Shown here: in pieces, positions 41,480 to 51,094 of the stretch
Position numbering within the stretch: position 1 is the stretch's first letter
Layout of the letters: every line of letters starts with the position of its first letter
NCBI GenBank assembly: GCA_963790345.1
Contig: CAWBOD010000011.1
Span: forward strand, 227,681-291,680
DNA: 64,000 nt
Source: an uncultured Acidimicrobiia bacterium
GTDB taxonomy: Bacteria; Actinomycetota; Acidimicrobiia; Spongiisociales; ZC4RG35
Direction: 5' to 3'
Notes under the pieces: generated by a model
The model's database searches: none
The model's input: only the letters and a program-made list of their open reading frames with translations
Told to the model about the DNA's origin: nothing
Made by a program: the position numbers and the translations under genes

Positions 41480-43816
41480 TCATTGCCGCACCTCTGTGAC
41501 CGTCGCTCCCTCAGCCGACTTGCGGATTTCGTACCGAACCGGCATTTGTTCGGCTAACTCTGCTACATGGGTGACGATTCCCACGGTCTTTCCGGAAGCG
41601 CCCAGCTCGGAGATGACCGAACCAACCACATCGAGGGTCTCGGCGTCGAGTGTGCCGAAGCCCTCATCGAGGAAGATCGATTCGAGCCGGGCCGACGCCA
41701 ACGAGGTTTCGGCTACTTGATCGGCCAGGGCCAGAGCCAGCCCAGGGAAACCAGAAACGTCTCTCCCCCCGAAAAAGTCCTGATCGAGCGGCGGTTGCCG
41801 GCCGAGAGATTGTCGATGACTTCGAAGTCGCGCCTTGCTCGTATCGAGCGAGTACTGCCCCTTGGTCAGATCGGCCAGCCGCAGGTTGGCCCCTGCCACG
41901 AGGGCGGCGAACACTTCGTCGAGCAGCCAGCTTCGGAAGGCAGTCGTTGCGCAGCAGCTTGACCAGCAGATGCCGCCACTTCCTGGAGTGCCAATGTGTC
42001 GCGGCGCTCGGCCGTGAGCCGGCTCTGATTCGATCCTCGCCTTCTTGATATGATCGAGTCGGGCCTTCGCCCGAGTGAGAGCGTCGAAGGCAACGTCGCG
42101 TAGCGGGCGATCTTCGATGCGATGTCCAGAGCGGGAAACCGGGAGGTGATCTCGGCGGTTCTCACCTCGAGCCGAGCCTCAGCCTCCGTCCCTGCTCGGC
42201 CTCCGCTTCGGCTTGGGCTTCGGCGATCGTTGTGGCCTGCTTGCCCGCCCACGCAATCAGGGATTTCCAGTCGATGGCCGGATCATCGAACGACAACTTC
42301 GGCGGATCGAGGCTGGCTAACCGATCGCGGGCGTTCTGCAGATCACGCATGGCATTGCGTTCCCGTTCGGCCAGGCGCTTGCGGCCCTGCTCGACTTCTT
42401 CGTGCCTGCGTTTGATCGATTCATCGTCCTTGCGGGCTTGCTTGAGTTGTTCTTCGGCGCTCGGCCACTTGTCTGGCGATCGCCGGCAAGGTCGCTTCCG
42501 GCGGCGACTCAGTGTCTGCTTGCGGAGTCCCTCCAACCTCTCCTCCAACCGGAGCAGGGCACTCTCCGCCGTTGACAGCTTTGGTGAGCTTTTCAACTCC
42601 TTCTCGGCCCTCTCCTTGGCCGATCGAGCCTTGTCGACCCCGGGTTCGGCCAACGGACGCGAGGAAGGGTGTCACTTTTGATCGCACACCGGGCAGCGAT
42701 GTCCGGCTTCTAGCGATCGTCGGAGATGGGCAGCTCGGTTTTGGTCGATGGTTTCGTCCAGCGCCTGCTTGGCGGCGAGCTGGACCTGGCTGCCTCGGTC
42801 ACCTGTGCCCGGGCTTCTACGACAGCGGTATTGGCCACGACCATCTGTCCTGGGTGCCTCGCAACTCGGTCCATGCCGTCGACCATTGGGAAAGGAGCTT
42901 CGAGGTCGGCAACGTGGCGAGCGATTTCTCGATGGCAGTTAGCCGGGCCAGCGATCTCGGTCCGGGCGGCGACGATTTCGGCCGCTTTCTCTGCAACTCG
43001 ATCCTCTCTCCGGCCATGGAATCGAGATCTTCGGGCAGGCTCAGCTTCTCCAGCACGTTGCGCCAGTTGCTCGTGCGCTCGACCTCGGCCGCTGCCGCCT
43101 TTCCCGCCGCCCTGAGCGCCTCGAGTTCGGGCTCGACCAGTTCGACCTCGCCCAACAATGTTGTCAGCGCCGCGACCGCGCTGGCGGCCAACTCCTCGTC
43201 GAGGTCTCCGATCGTTCCGAGGGCGGCGAGCCGTTGGTCGATCGTTGCGAGCTGCCCACCGGCTCGCTCTCGTCGCTCGGAGGCTCGCTGGCCGATGCGC
43301 TCATAGATACCAAGATCGAGAAGGGCCGAGAGGAGGTTCTGGCGATTGGCCGGCTTGTCGTGGAGGAAGCGTTGGAACTCGCCCTGGGGCAAAAGCACGC
43401 AGGTGGTGAACTGTTCGAAGTCGAGACCTAGCAACGCCACGACGGCAGAGGTGACGGCATCTGCGCCCGTCGCCAGCACTTCCCCGGCCTTCTCGAGGGT
43501 CGCCTCATCGGTGGTTGCGGTCCCCCGTCTTCGAATCTTTGCGGACGTGGCGCGCGACCTGATAGTGATCGTCCCCGACCGAGAACGCGAGAGACACAAC
43601 CGATTCATTGAGGCCCTGGGTCACCACCGGCGCAACATCGCGGCGACCGTGCCGGGGAACTGACCCATACAGAGCGAAGCAGATTCCGTCGAGGACGGTG
43701 GTCTTGCCAGAACCCGTCGCCCCGACGAGGGCGAACAATTCGACTCCTGAGAAGTCGATCTCGGTGTATTGGCGAAACGCACCAAAGCCCTTGAGAACCA
43801 GCCTCTCGGGTCTCAC
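41480..43816 (-). pseudogene. sbcC: SbcC/Rad50-family ATPase, roughly ten frameshifts
   Basis: N-terminal MRPERLVLKGFGAF...GATGSGKTT. Coiled-coil fragments lie in several frames. Zinc hook HRCPVCDQK at ~42675..42700. The signature FSGGETF is out of frame. C-terminal IFLDEGFGTLD...GIVTH. The GTG start overlaps the sbcD stop (GTGA). Confidence 0.85.
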
Positions 43817-44972
43817 GAGTCTGGCTCTCCCCCACCCGGTTGGTCGAGCACCTCGACCAGCAACTCGTCGAACAACGCGGTCAGCCGGCGATCCTCGACC
43901 TTCTTGACCCCCAGGTAATCGCGAAATAGCTCCGAGGGATCACGGCCCAGCCGCTGCGGGACTTCTCTGGCAGCCTCCGAGGCGAGGGAGGCGGCAAGGC
44001 GTACCTCCACCGCCTCCGGGAAAATTGCCCGGACCTCGTCGGCCAGGCCGGCCCGAGCTGCTTCCTCGAGTTCGATCCGAAGGTAGGCGTCTCCCACCTT
44101 GTCGGCCATCGCTTCGATCTGCGCAAGAGTTCCGCGAAGCGTCCTCAGGCGTCGACCACCTTTGAGGTCCCTCGTGGTGACGGCCACCGGCAGGCCGGGC
44201 TCGGCATCCACCAGGACGATGGCCTTGCGGTCTTCCCCTTCTCCGAAGTCGAGCTGGATCGGTGATCCGGAATACCACATCGGAACGGGCGCCGGGACCT
44301 TTTGCGGACGATGGAGATGGCCCAGGGCGACGTAGCTGATGTGACCGGGAAACGAGAGTGCGGGCACCGAATAGTCGAACAGGTGAGCAGTTCTCTCTCC
44401 ACCACCCGGTACTCCGCCCGCCACCATCAGGTGGGACAAGACCAGGTTGACGGTGTCGGAGGTCATACCGGCCGTGAGGGCACTGGAGAATGTCGGCCAC
44501 CCTTTCGGCGTACTCGCCAATCCGCTCGGCCTGGTCGAGTCGCAGAATCTCCTCGACCCGGACGATGCCGCGCTTGCCGATGAAAGGCACCAGAGCGATG
44601 CGAACCGCCATGTCGGGCAAGTCGAGAATGCCTCCCTCGTCCGGGCCGAGCGATCGTCGCCCCTACGGTGACGCGCCCGAGGGAGAGCAACGGTGCCACC
44701 GCTCGCAGGCGGGCCGGGTTGTCGTGGTTGCCGGCAACGATGACAACCGGCGCGACCTGGGCAAGGTCGAGAAGAGATCGATAGACGATCTCTTCGGCTG
44801 CCGGAGACGGGGCGCTCATGTCGAAGATGTCGCCGGCGACGAGGATGAGGTCGACCTGCTCGTCGCCGGCCATGGCGGCGATCTCCGACAGAACCTGGCG
44901 ATGCTCGTCGTCACGGGAACGACCGCGGATCGTCCGGCCCACATGCCAATCGGCGGTATGAAGAAGTTTCAA
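43813..44972 (-). pseudogene. sbcD: SbcD/Mre11-family nuclease, two frameshifts
   Basis: MKLLHTADWHVG, LVAGDIFD and VAGNHD are in the first frame. ALVPFIGKR is in the second. GHLHRPQ and the C-terminal domain are in the third. Switches near 44645 and 44495. Confidence 0.85.
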
Positions 44973-44984
44973 CTCGTCCTCACC

Positions 44985-46667
44985 TCACGTGAGGCCGGCA
45001 AACGGGTCCTCCGACTTGCGGCCCGGCATCGCCAACGCCTCCGAGGCCCGTGTTGCCCAGGCCGGGAAGGGGAACTCGAGAACCAGCGGCACGGGCAGCT
45101 CCGGTTGTGACAGCAGCATCGTGCCCGGTTTGAGAATGGTGGCTCGCTGGCGCTGCATCGCCGGAAGGAACCCGTATTCCTCCCGCGAAGCCTCGGCGGC
45201 GTCGAGCCGACCCACCACCCGGATCGAGCAGTTGGAAATGATGCGGCGCTCAACCTCGCTGGCCGTCTGCTGGGCTCCGATGAGGATGACGCCGAGGCTG
45301 CGACCACGTTCGGCGACGTCGAGAAGAATCTCTTTGATCGGGCTGTTTCCCTCGCGCGGGGCGTACTTGTTGAGTTCGTCGAGGACCAGGAAGAGAAGCT
45401 CGGCCGACTGCCCCGAGCCCTCCTTGTCGTCGAAGGCTCGGCGGATGGTCACACCCACAGCGAACCGCTTGGCGCGATCGTGGAGGTTGTGAAGGTCGAC
45501 GACCGTGACCTGGCGGTCGAGCTTGATCCGGTTCTTCTCGGGGTCGGGCTGATCGCCGCGAATCAGGCGCTCCACATGCCTGACCGAGCCCTGGAGGCGA
45601 CGGACGAAGGCGTTCACCGTCCCCCGGCCGATGGCCGTCCCGGCCCACACCGGTGCATCGTCCTCGCTTTGCACCTTCTGGGTGATCAGGTCGACCAGGT
45701 CGCGGAAGGTCCGTGCCTCCTGGCCCTCCAACCGGACGCCGCCGTCACCGATGGCGATGACCCGCCGAAGCTGGACCATCACGCTGTAAACGACCATCGT
45801 GTACTGGGCGCGATCGTCTTCGGCATCGGCAAACAGAAACGGCAGCAGATCTTCGTGGCAAAACTCTTCGAGCGTCCAAAAGAACGCGGTGACGCCGGTC
45901 GCGCGCGAGGCGACATCGGGCACCGCGGCTCCACCGGGCCGGGGCGGGGCATAGACCGTCATCGAGCGAAACGCTTCGGCGGGTAGTCCGAGCTGCTGGT
46001 ATCGAAGACGCTGCTCGTCGTCGAGAACGGCGTTGGCATGATCCAGGAACAAGAGATCTTCGCCCTTGACGTTGAAGATCAAGGCCTTGGTGTTGAGGGC
46101 GCGCTTTTCGAGCACTCCCGAGGTGAAGAGAGAATGCAGCAGGAACGTCGCGTAGCTGGTCTTGGTGGCGACACCTGAGATTCCGGAGATGTTGACGTGG
46201 GCGCCGCGCTGGCCGTCGAGAAACTCGAGGTTGACGAAGAGAGGCTCGCCGCCGCGGCTGAGACCCACTGGCAGACGCTTCTCCATCCGGTCGAAGAACA
46301 GGGCCTGTTCGCGCTCGGCCCCTTTGGCTATACGGACCGGCTGTCCGGGGAGCGGAGGTACGAACATCTCGGGCTCGAACCGGGTAGCGGTGATTTGGGC
46401 GGACTCGGACACCTCGGCCGGCAAGAGTCCCTGTTCGATCAGAAATACATCGGAGTCGAAGCGGGCCCCCTCATGGCGAGCCCGAACCTGGCTGACCATC
46501 CCATAGATGTGGACGATCTCCCCTCCGGGGAGGTGGCGCTCGAGGGCGACCACGTCGTCAAGCTGAAGAAACCGCTGCGGATCCACCCCCACCCAGAACT
46601 CGAGCGGGGTGGCATCCTCGGTTCCAATCACCCGACCGACGGGCTCTTCCGGTGCGCCCACTTCCAC
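44985..46667 (-). CDS. herA: HerA-family hexameric ATPase/helicase (DUF87 type)
   Basis: Intact 560 aa. N-terminal barrel (GRVIGTEDATPLEFWV), deviant P-loop region NISGISGVATKTSYA, Walker B FLVLDELNKYAP, and ILIGAQQTASEV...IRVVGRL. Confidence 0.8.
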   Translation of the reverse strand: MEVGAPEEPVGRVIGTEDATPLEFWVGVDPQRFLQLDDVVALERHLPGGEIVHIYGMVSQVRARHEGARFDSDVFLIEQGLLPAEVSESAQITATRFEPEMFVPPLPGQPVRIAKGAEREQALFFDRMEKRLPVGLSRGGEPLFVNLEFLDGQRGAHVNISGISGVATKTSYATFLLHSLFTSGVLEKRALNTKALIFNVKGEDLLFLDHANAVLDDEQRLRYQQLGLPAEAFRSMTVYAPPRPGGAAVPDVASRATGVTAFFWTLEEFCHEDLLPFLFADAEDDRAQYTMVVYSVMVQLRRVIAIGDGGVRLEGQEARTFRDLVDLITQKVQSEDDAPVWAGTAIGRGTVNAFVRRLQGSVRHVERLIRGDQPDPEKNRIKLDRQVTVVDLHNLHDRAKRFAVGVTIRRAFDDKEGSGQSAELLFLVLDELNKYAPREGNSPIKEILLDVAERGRSLGVILIGAQQTASEVERRIISNCSIRVVGRLDAAEASREEYGFLPAMQRQRATILKPGTMLLSQPELPVPLVLEFPFPAWATRASEALAMPGRKSEDPFAGLT

Positions 46668-46814
46668 CCTGCGAGGGTATCAGCGGGGTGTGACGCTTTC
46701 GGGGACCGCAGGCACGGCCGACACCATCGGCCTCACCGTTGGCAGGCCCGTCCAGATGTGGCTGTTGCCGACAGTTATCGTGGCGATGCTGGTTTTCGAG
46801 GAACGGAGACTGAC

Positions 46815-47015
46815 ATGGCCTATTCGGTCGACATAGATCTGCCGACCAAGGTGGTCCTGAACAAGGACGTGAGGTTCGTTATCAGGAGTGACAACGCCAA
46901 ACTCGGCGAGTTCCTTATCAGCAAGGGCGGAATCGACTGGTACCCGGCCAACAAGAAGACTCCGATTACGAAAACCTGGAAGCAGTTCGACCGCCTCATG
47001 CAAAGCGGAAGCTGA
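46815..47015 (+). CDS. small hypothetical protein (66 aa), low-GC orphan
   Basis: GGAG precedes ATG 46815. Product: MAYSVDIDLPTKVVLNKDVRFVIRSDNAKLGEFLISKGGIDWYPANKKTPITKTWKQFDRLMQSGS. About 54% G+C by hand count. Divergent from herA. Confidence 0.55.
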   Translation: MAYSVDIDLPTKVVLNKDVRFVIRSDNAKLGEFLISKGGIDWYPANKKTPITKTWKQFDRLMQSGS

Positions 47016-47019
47016 CTCT

Positions 47020-48222
47020 CTAACGAACCGGGTCGATCCGGTACACGGTCTCCGTGTTCATCACATACACCTCGCCCGCCGCACTTCTCCCGAAAGAGAT
47101 GACGTTGCCGATGGCGCCGACCTGTTCGCTCCAATCCTGGGCTTCGGTCACAGCCCCATCTGAGTACAGGAAGCTTCGAAGGTAGCCACCGCAATAGTCC
47201 GAGTAGAAGTAGTGCCCTGTCAGCTCCGGGATCGCTTCCCCCCGGTAGACCACTCCCCCGGCGATTGAGCAAGTCCCGGCATCGCCATGAGGCACCTCGA
47301 GGACGGGAGGCGTCTGTCCAGTCGTGTCGCATCCCTCCGGCGGCTCGAAGCAATGCAGACCCTCGCTGATCGACCAGCCATAGTTGAGTCCCGGGGCATC
47401 GGCCGGAGCGACGTTGATCTCCTCGTAGGAGCCTTGACCTACATCACCGATGTAGATCAGACCTTCGTCGAACGAAAACCTCCAGGGGTTGCGAAGTCCG
47501 CTCGCCCACACCTCCGGAGCCCCGGAACCGTCCGTGTACGGATTTCCGTCCGGAATTGCATAGGGATCGCCGGAGTCGACGTCGATTCGCAAGATGTTGG
47601 CCAACAGATCATCGACCGGTTGGCCGGTTCCGAAGGTATCGCCACCCCCACCACCATCACCTAGTGCGATGTAGAGGTAGCCATCGGGACCAAATTCGAT
47701 CATCCCGCCGTTGTGGTTGGCAGCCGGTTGAGCAACTTCAAGGATCAACCGCTCCTCACCATCGACGAACTCAGAGATGACCGTGTCCCCGTTTCGATCC
47801 GAGTAATGAAGAAAGAGGCGATCGGGGTCGGTCGGATGCCAGGCCATTCCAAGCAGCCCGCGCTCACCCTCATCCGTCACCCGATCGGAGATGTCGAGGA
47901 ACTCCTCCGGTCCGTTCTCGGTCAGCATCCATACCTGTCCGTTTTTCGTGAGGATGAAGTTCTGGCCGTCGGAAGGACGGAACGTGAAGAGCACCGGGAA
48001 CGGCAGCCCGAAGGCGATCTCGGTGTAGGTGAGGCCTGTCAATTCGGGCAACGGGGCCGCAGTTGTGGTTGTGGTCGGTGCAGTTGTGGTCGTGGTGGTT
48101 TCGGCGGACGTGGTGGAGGTCGACCCCGGGCCGGCGGCAGCCGTGGTGGTCGTCAACGCCGGATCTCCACCGCCCGAGCAGGCCGACAGAAGCAAAAGGA
48201 CTACGGGAAGTCTCGACCGCAT
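47020..48222 (-). CDS. PQQ-dependent sugar (glucose/sorbosone) dehydrogenase-like lipoprotein
   Basis: MRSRLPVVLLLLSAC lipobox and a Thr-rich linker. HNGGMIEFGPDGYLYIALGDGGGGGD and GLRNPWRFSFD motifs. Confidence 0.8.
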   Translation of the reverse strand: MRSRLPVVLLLLSACSGGGDPALTTTTAAAGPGSTSTTSAETTTTTTAPTTTTTAAPLPELTGLTYTEIAFGLPFPVLFTFRPSDGQNFILTKNGQVWMLTENGPEEFLDISDRVTDEGERGLLGMAWHPTDPDRLFLHYSDRNGDTVISEFVDGEERLILEVAQPAANHNGGMIEFGPDGYLYIALGDGGGGGDTFGTGQPVDDLLANILRIDVDSGDPYAIPDGNPYTDGSGAPEVWASGLRNPWRFSFDEGLIYIGDVGQGSYEEINVAPADAPGLNYGWSISEGLHCFEPPEGCDTTGQTPPVLEVPHGDAGTCSIAGGVVYRGEAIPELTGHYFYSDYCGGYLRSFLYSDGAVTEAQDWSEQVGAIGNVISFGRSAAGEVYVMNTETVYRIDPVR

Positions 48223-48297
48223 CGAACTGAAGGTACCGGAGGCCGGGTTCTATGGCCCTAGGTGAAAGAGCCTTTGGGAAGGTTCGCTGGGGAAGGT

Positions 48298-49554
48298 TTA
48301 CGAGCTCAGGGTGGGAGGCCGCTGGTGGTGTAGGTGTGGCCGAGTTGGCTGGTCCATATGGTGGTCGCCGTTGGGGAGGGGTTGGTGGGTCCAGTTGGAG
48401 TGGTGTCGGGTTTGGTGGTGGTGGCGGCAGAGGGGTGCGAGGTTGTCGGTGGTGGTGGGTCCGCCGTGGGCCCAGGGTTGGCGGTGGTCGAGGTCGCATT
48501 CGGCGGCGGGGATGCGACAGCCGGGGAAGACGCAGTGGGGGTGGCGAGCTTCGACCTGGCGGCGTTGGAGGTGGGTGGGCCGTCTTCGGGTTACACCGTT
48601 GTCGATGGTCATACCGCTGTCACTATCGGTCAAGGTCCAGCGCCATTCGGCTCCGGGTTGGTTTTCTGCGACTTGGCGGGCGATGTCGGCGATGACCGGC
48701 CCATATCCGGCTAACTCTCCCGGATCGTCGGTGAGCCGGGTCAAGGTGGTGAGGTCGACGTGGATGTCGACCGTTCCCCGCCGACCGCCATGGGCTTGGT
48801 GCTTTCCGTCTAAGCAGGTCTAAGAAGATGTCGGCTCGGAGCTGATCGATGGTTCTGGTCTCGTCCCCGGTTTTGAGGTCTTGGGCCAGGTCGGCGATCC
48901 GTCGCATCGCCGCTTGGACCCGGTCGGGGGGCAGATCCAACCCGAACAGGTGGGCGGTCCCATCCACGGACGGTTCCATCACGACCCGCCGCCCTTCCAC
49001 CGCTTCCCCGTATCGGGTGGCGGCGTCGTCGGGATCGGCCTGGACACAGACCCGGCGGATCAGAGCGTCCGAGCTGTCCGGTGGTGAGACGGGCCGCCGC
49101 TTCGAGGATCCGAGCCACCACCTCCCGGGCGGTCACCTCTGACAGGTGGGCGGTTCCGTGGACGATGACTCGGGCCCGGCGGAGATCGATCTTCCCGGCC
49201 GCCAACGCTTCCCACACTTCGGGCAGCCGCTCCTTCAAATCGACAGCCAGGGCCAGATCGGCATCGGCGGCGCGGCGGGTCAGATGCAACGCCGCCCCGA
49301 TCTCGGCCGCCGCCGACTCCGCAGCGATCTCCGGGTCGGCTTCCAACTCGGACATCAGCTCGGAGATCGAAGCCATCGCCTCGAAAACCTGGGCTTGGAA
49401 GAACGAAGCCAGACCGCTGATGGGCCTGCAACATCCTGATCCGGTTGTAACCAGACAAATCCTCAACAGACACGCTGGAGAGGAAAGCGGCCAAAGCCGG
49501 GGTCGGTTCCATCCCCTCCAACCCCTTCGGCAACCCACCACCCGACTCGAACAT
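48298..49554 (-). pseudogene. DUF222 + HNH endonuclease (REP13E12-like actinobacterial family), three frameshifts
   Basis: N-terminal fragments MFESGGGLP...AFLSSVSVEDLSGYNRIRMLQA and ...AAEIGAALHLTRRAADADLALAVDLKERLPEVWEALAAGKIDLRRARV. C-terminal CVFPGCRIPAAECDLDHRQPWAHGGPTTTDNLAPLCRHHH. Confidence 0.8.
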
Positions 49555-49596
49555 ACGTTCGAATCATACAGGAAGCCACTGACAGAAAACACCCCC

Positions 49597-51094
49597 TCAC
49601 ACCGGAGCGAACGAAATTTTTCTGGCGCCATCCAACGGACCAACAAACTCGAGCAGCCGCTCCGCCTCCCTCACCACCTCGGCTCTGTTCGCACTTGAAA
49701 GCGGGCGGAAAGCCTTCACTAATAGCTCCGATCCCTGCAACGACCAGGTGCCGGCTACGAACCCATCCACGAGGAAGGTCGGCATCACCTGGGCACCTCC
49801 CGGCATGACCAACTTTCGATCCTCATCGCTGATGATCCTGGTGCAACGTCGGCGTTTCCCAGCAGGACGTTGTCAAACGGGGAAGGAACCGGACCGGCGC
49901 AGGCACGTGGATGTCCATGAGTACCGCGTCGGGCAGGTCGAAGAGATTCACCTTCCTCCGTGCGATAGACCACGAACGAAATTTTTCTGGCGCCATCCAA
50001 CGGACCAACAAACTCGAGTAGCCCCTCCGCCTCCCTCTTCACTTCGGCCCTGTTCGCGTGAAAGCGGGCGGAAAGCCTTCACCAATAGCTCCGATCCCCG
50101 CAACGACCAGGTGCCGGCCACGAAGCCGTCCACGAGGAAGGTCGGCACCACCTGGGCACCTCCCGGCATGACCACCTTTCGATCCTCATCGCTGATGATC
50201 CTGGTGCGGTCGGCGTGGCCCAGCAGGACGTTGTCGAACGCGGGAAGGAACCGGACCGGCGCCGGCACGTCAATGTCAACGACGGCCGCGTCAGGCAGGT
50301 CGAAAAGTTCACCTTGCTCTGTGCGATAGACCCGCAGACCCGGTCGCATCCTTTCGAAGATCTCACCCGTCCTGGTGAGACCGGACCAACTCTGGAAGTC
50401 ACTGACGGCGGCCGGTCCGAAACCTGCCAGGTACCTTCGGATCAGCGCCTCCGGTTGCGACACGGACATCTCTCCCACAACGACCTCGGCACGAACAACC
50501 GCCACGCCAGCAGGGCTTCCCCATCGCCCCCACGAGCTGGTCGCGGGCGAGTGGACCAGCGGCACACGACGTTCCAATGCCGCAACCAGCACCTGACCAT
50601 TGCGTCCCGGCCACTTCTCGACGAAGCGCTTCCCCAATTCACGCCTTGTCAAGCGTGTTGTCGGCGAGAAGTTCGATTCCGACAGCCGTGATCTCATCGA
50701 GGTCGAGTCCGATCGTCTCGCGGGCGACATAGGGAGACCGGGCGTTGCGATCGAGTACCGGCTGGATCGTCGGTCGGAGCCAGCGGAAATCCTCCGCAGC
50801 CACGAGATGTTGCGTGCTTCGCAGTGCGGCGCCGCGCACCACCTGGCCGCTGCTCAGCAACGACACCAGATCGTCCCGTCGAAAGTCGACGACCCGGGCC
50901 CAGAGCCCGACATAAGGCCAGTTGGGCTCCTGCGCCTGCAGCGCGACGAGGCGTCGGATTACGTCGAGCGGAGAAAGCGAGACACGGTCGAGGAGAAACT
51001 GCCGGTCGAGCAGAGTTCGGTTGAGGGCGCGAAGCGAAATCTGGCTCCCGTTTACCAAGCGGCGCCGATCCCATTCACTCCCGTACCCACACAC
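49597..51094 (-). pseudogene. winged-helix AlkZ/YcaQ-like DNA glycosylase family protein with duplicated C-terminal segment, several frameshifts
   Basis: N-terminal LRALNRTLLDRQFLLDR...LVALQAQEPNWPYVGLWARV. The middle and C-terminal parts lie in other frames. The last ~120 codons occur twice in tandem. The start may be GTG 51055. Confidence 0.7.
49608..50332. repeat. ~365-bp direct tandem duplication (2 copies, roughly 90% identical by eye)
   Basis: CGAACGAAATTTTTCTGGCGCCATCCAACGGACCAACAAACTCGAG... begins at 49608 and again at 49973. Both copies end ...GTGCGATAGACC (49960..49971 and 50321..50332). Confidence 0.9.
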
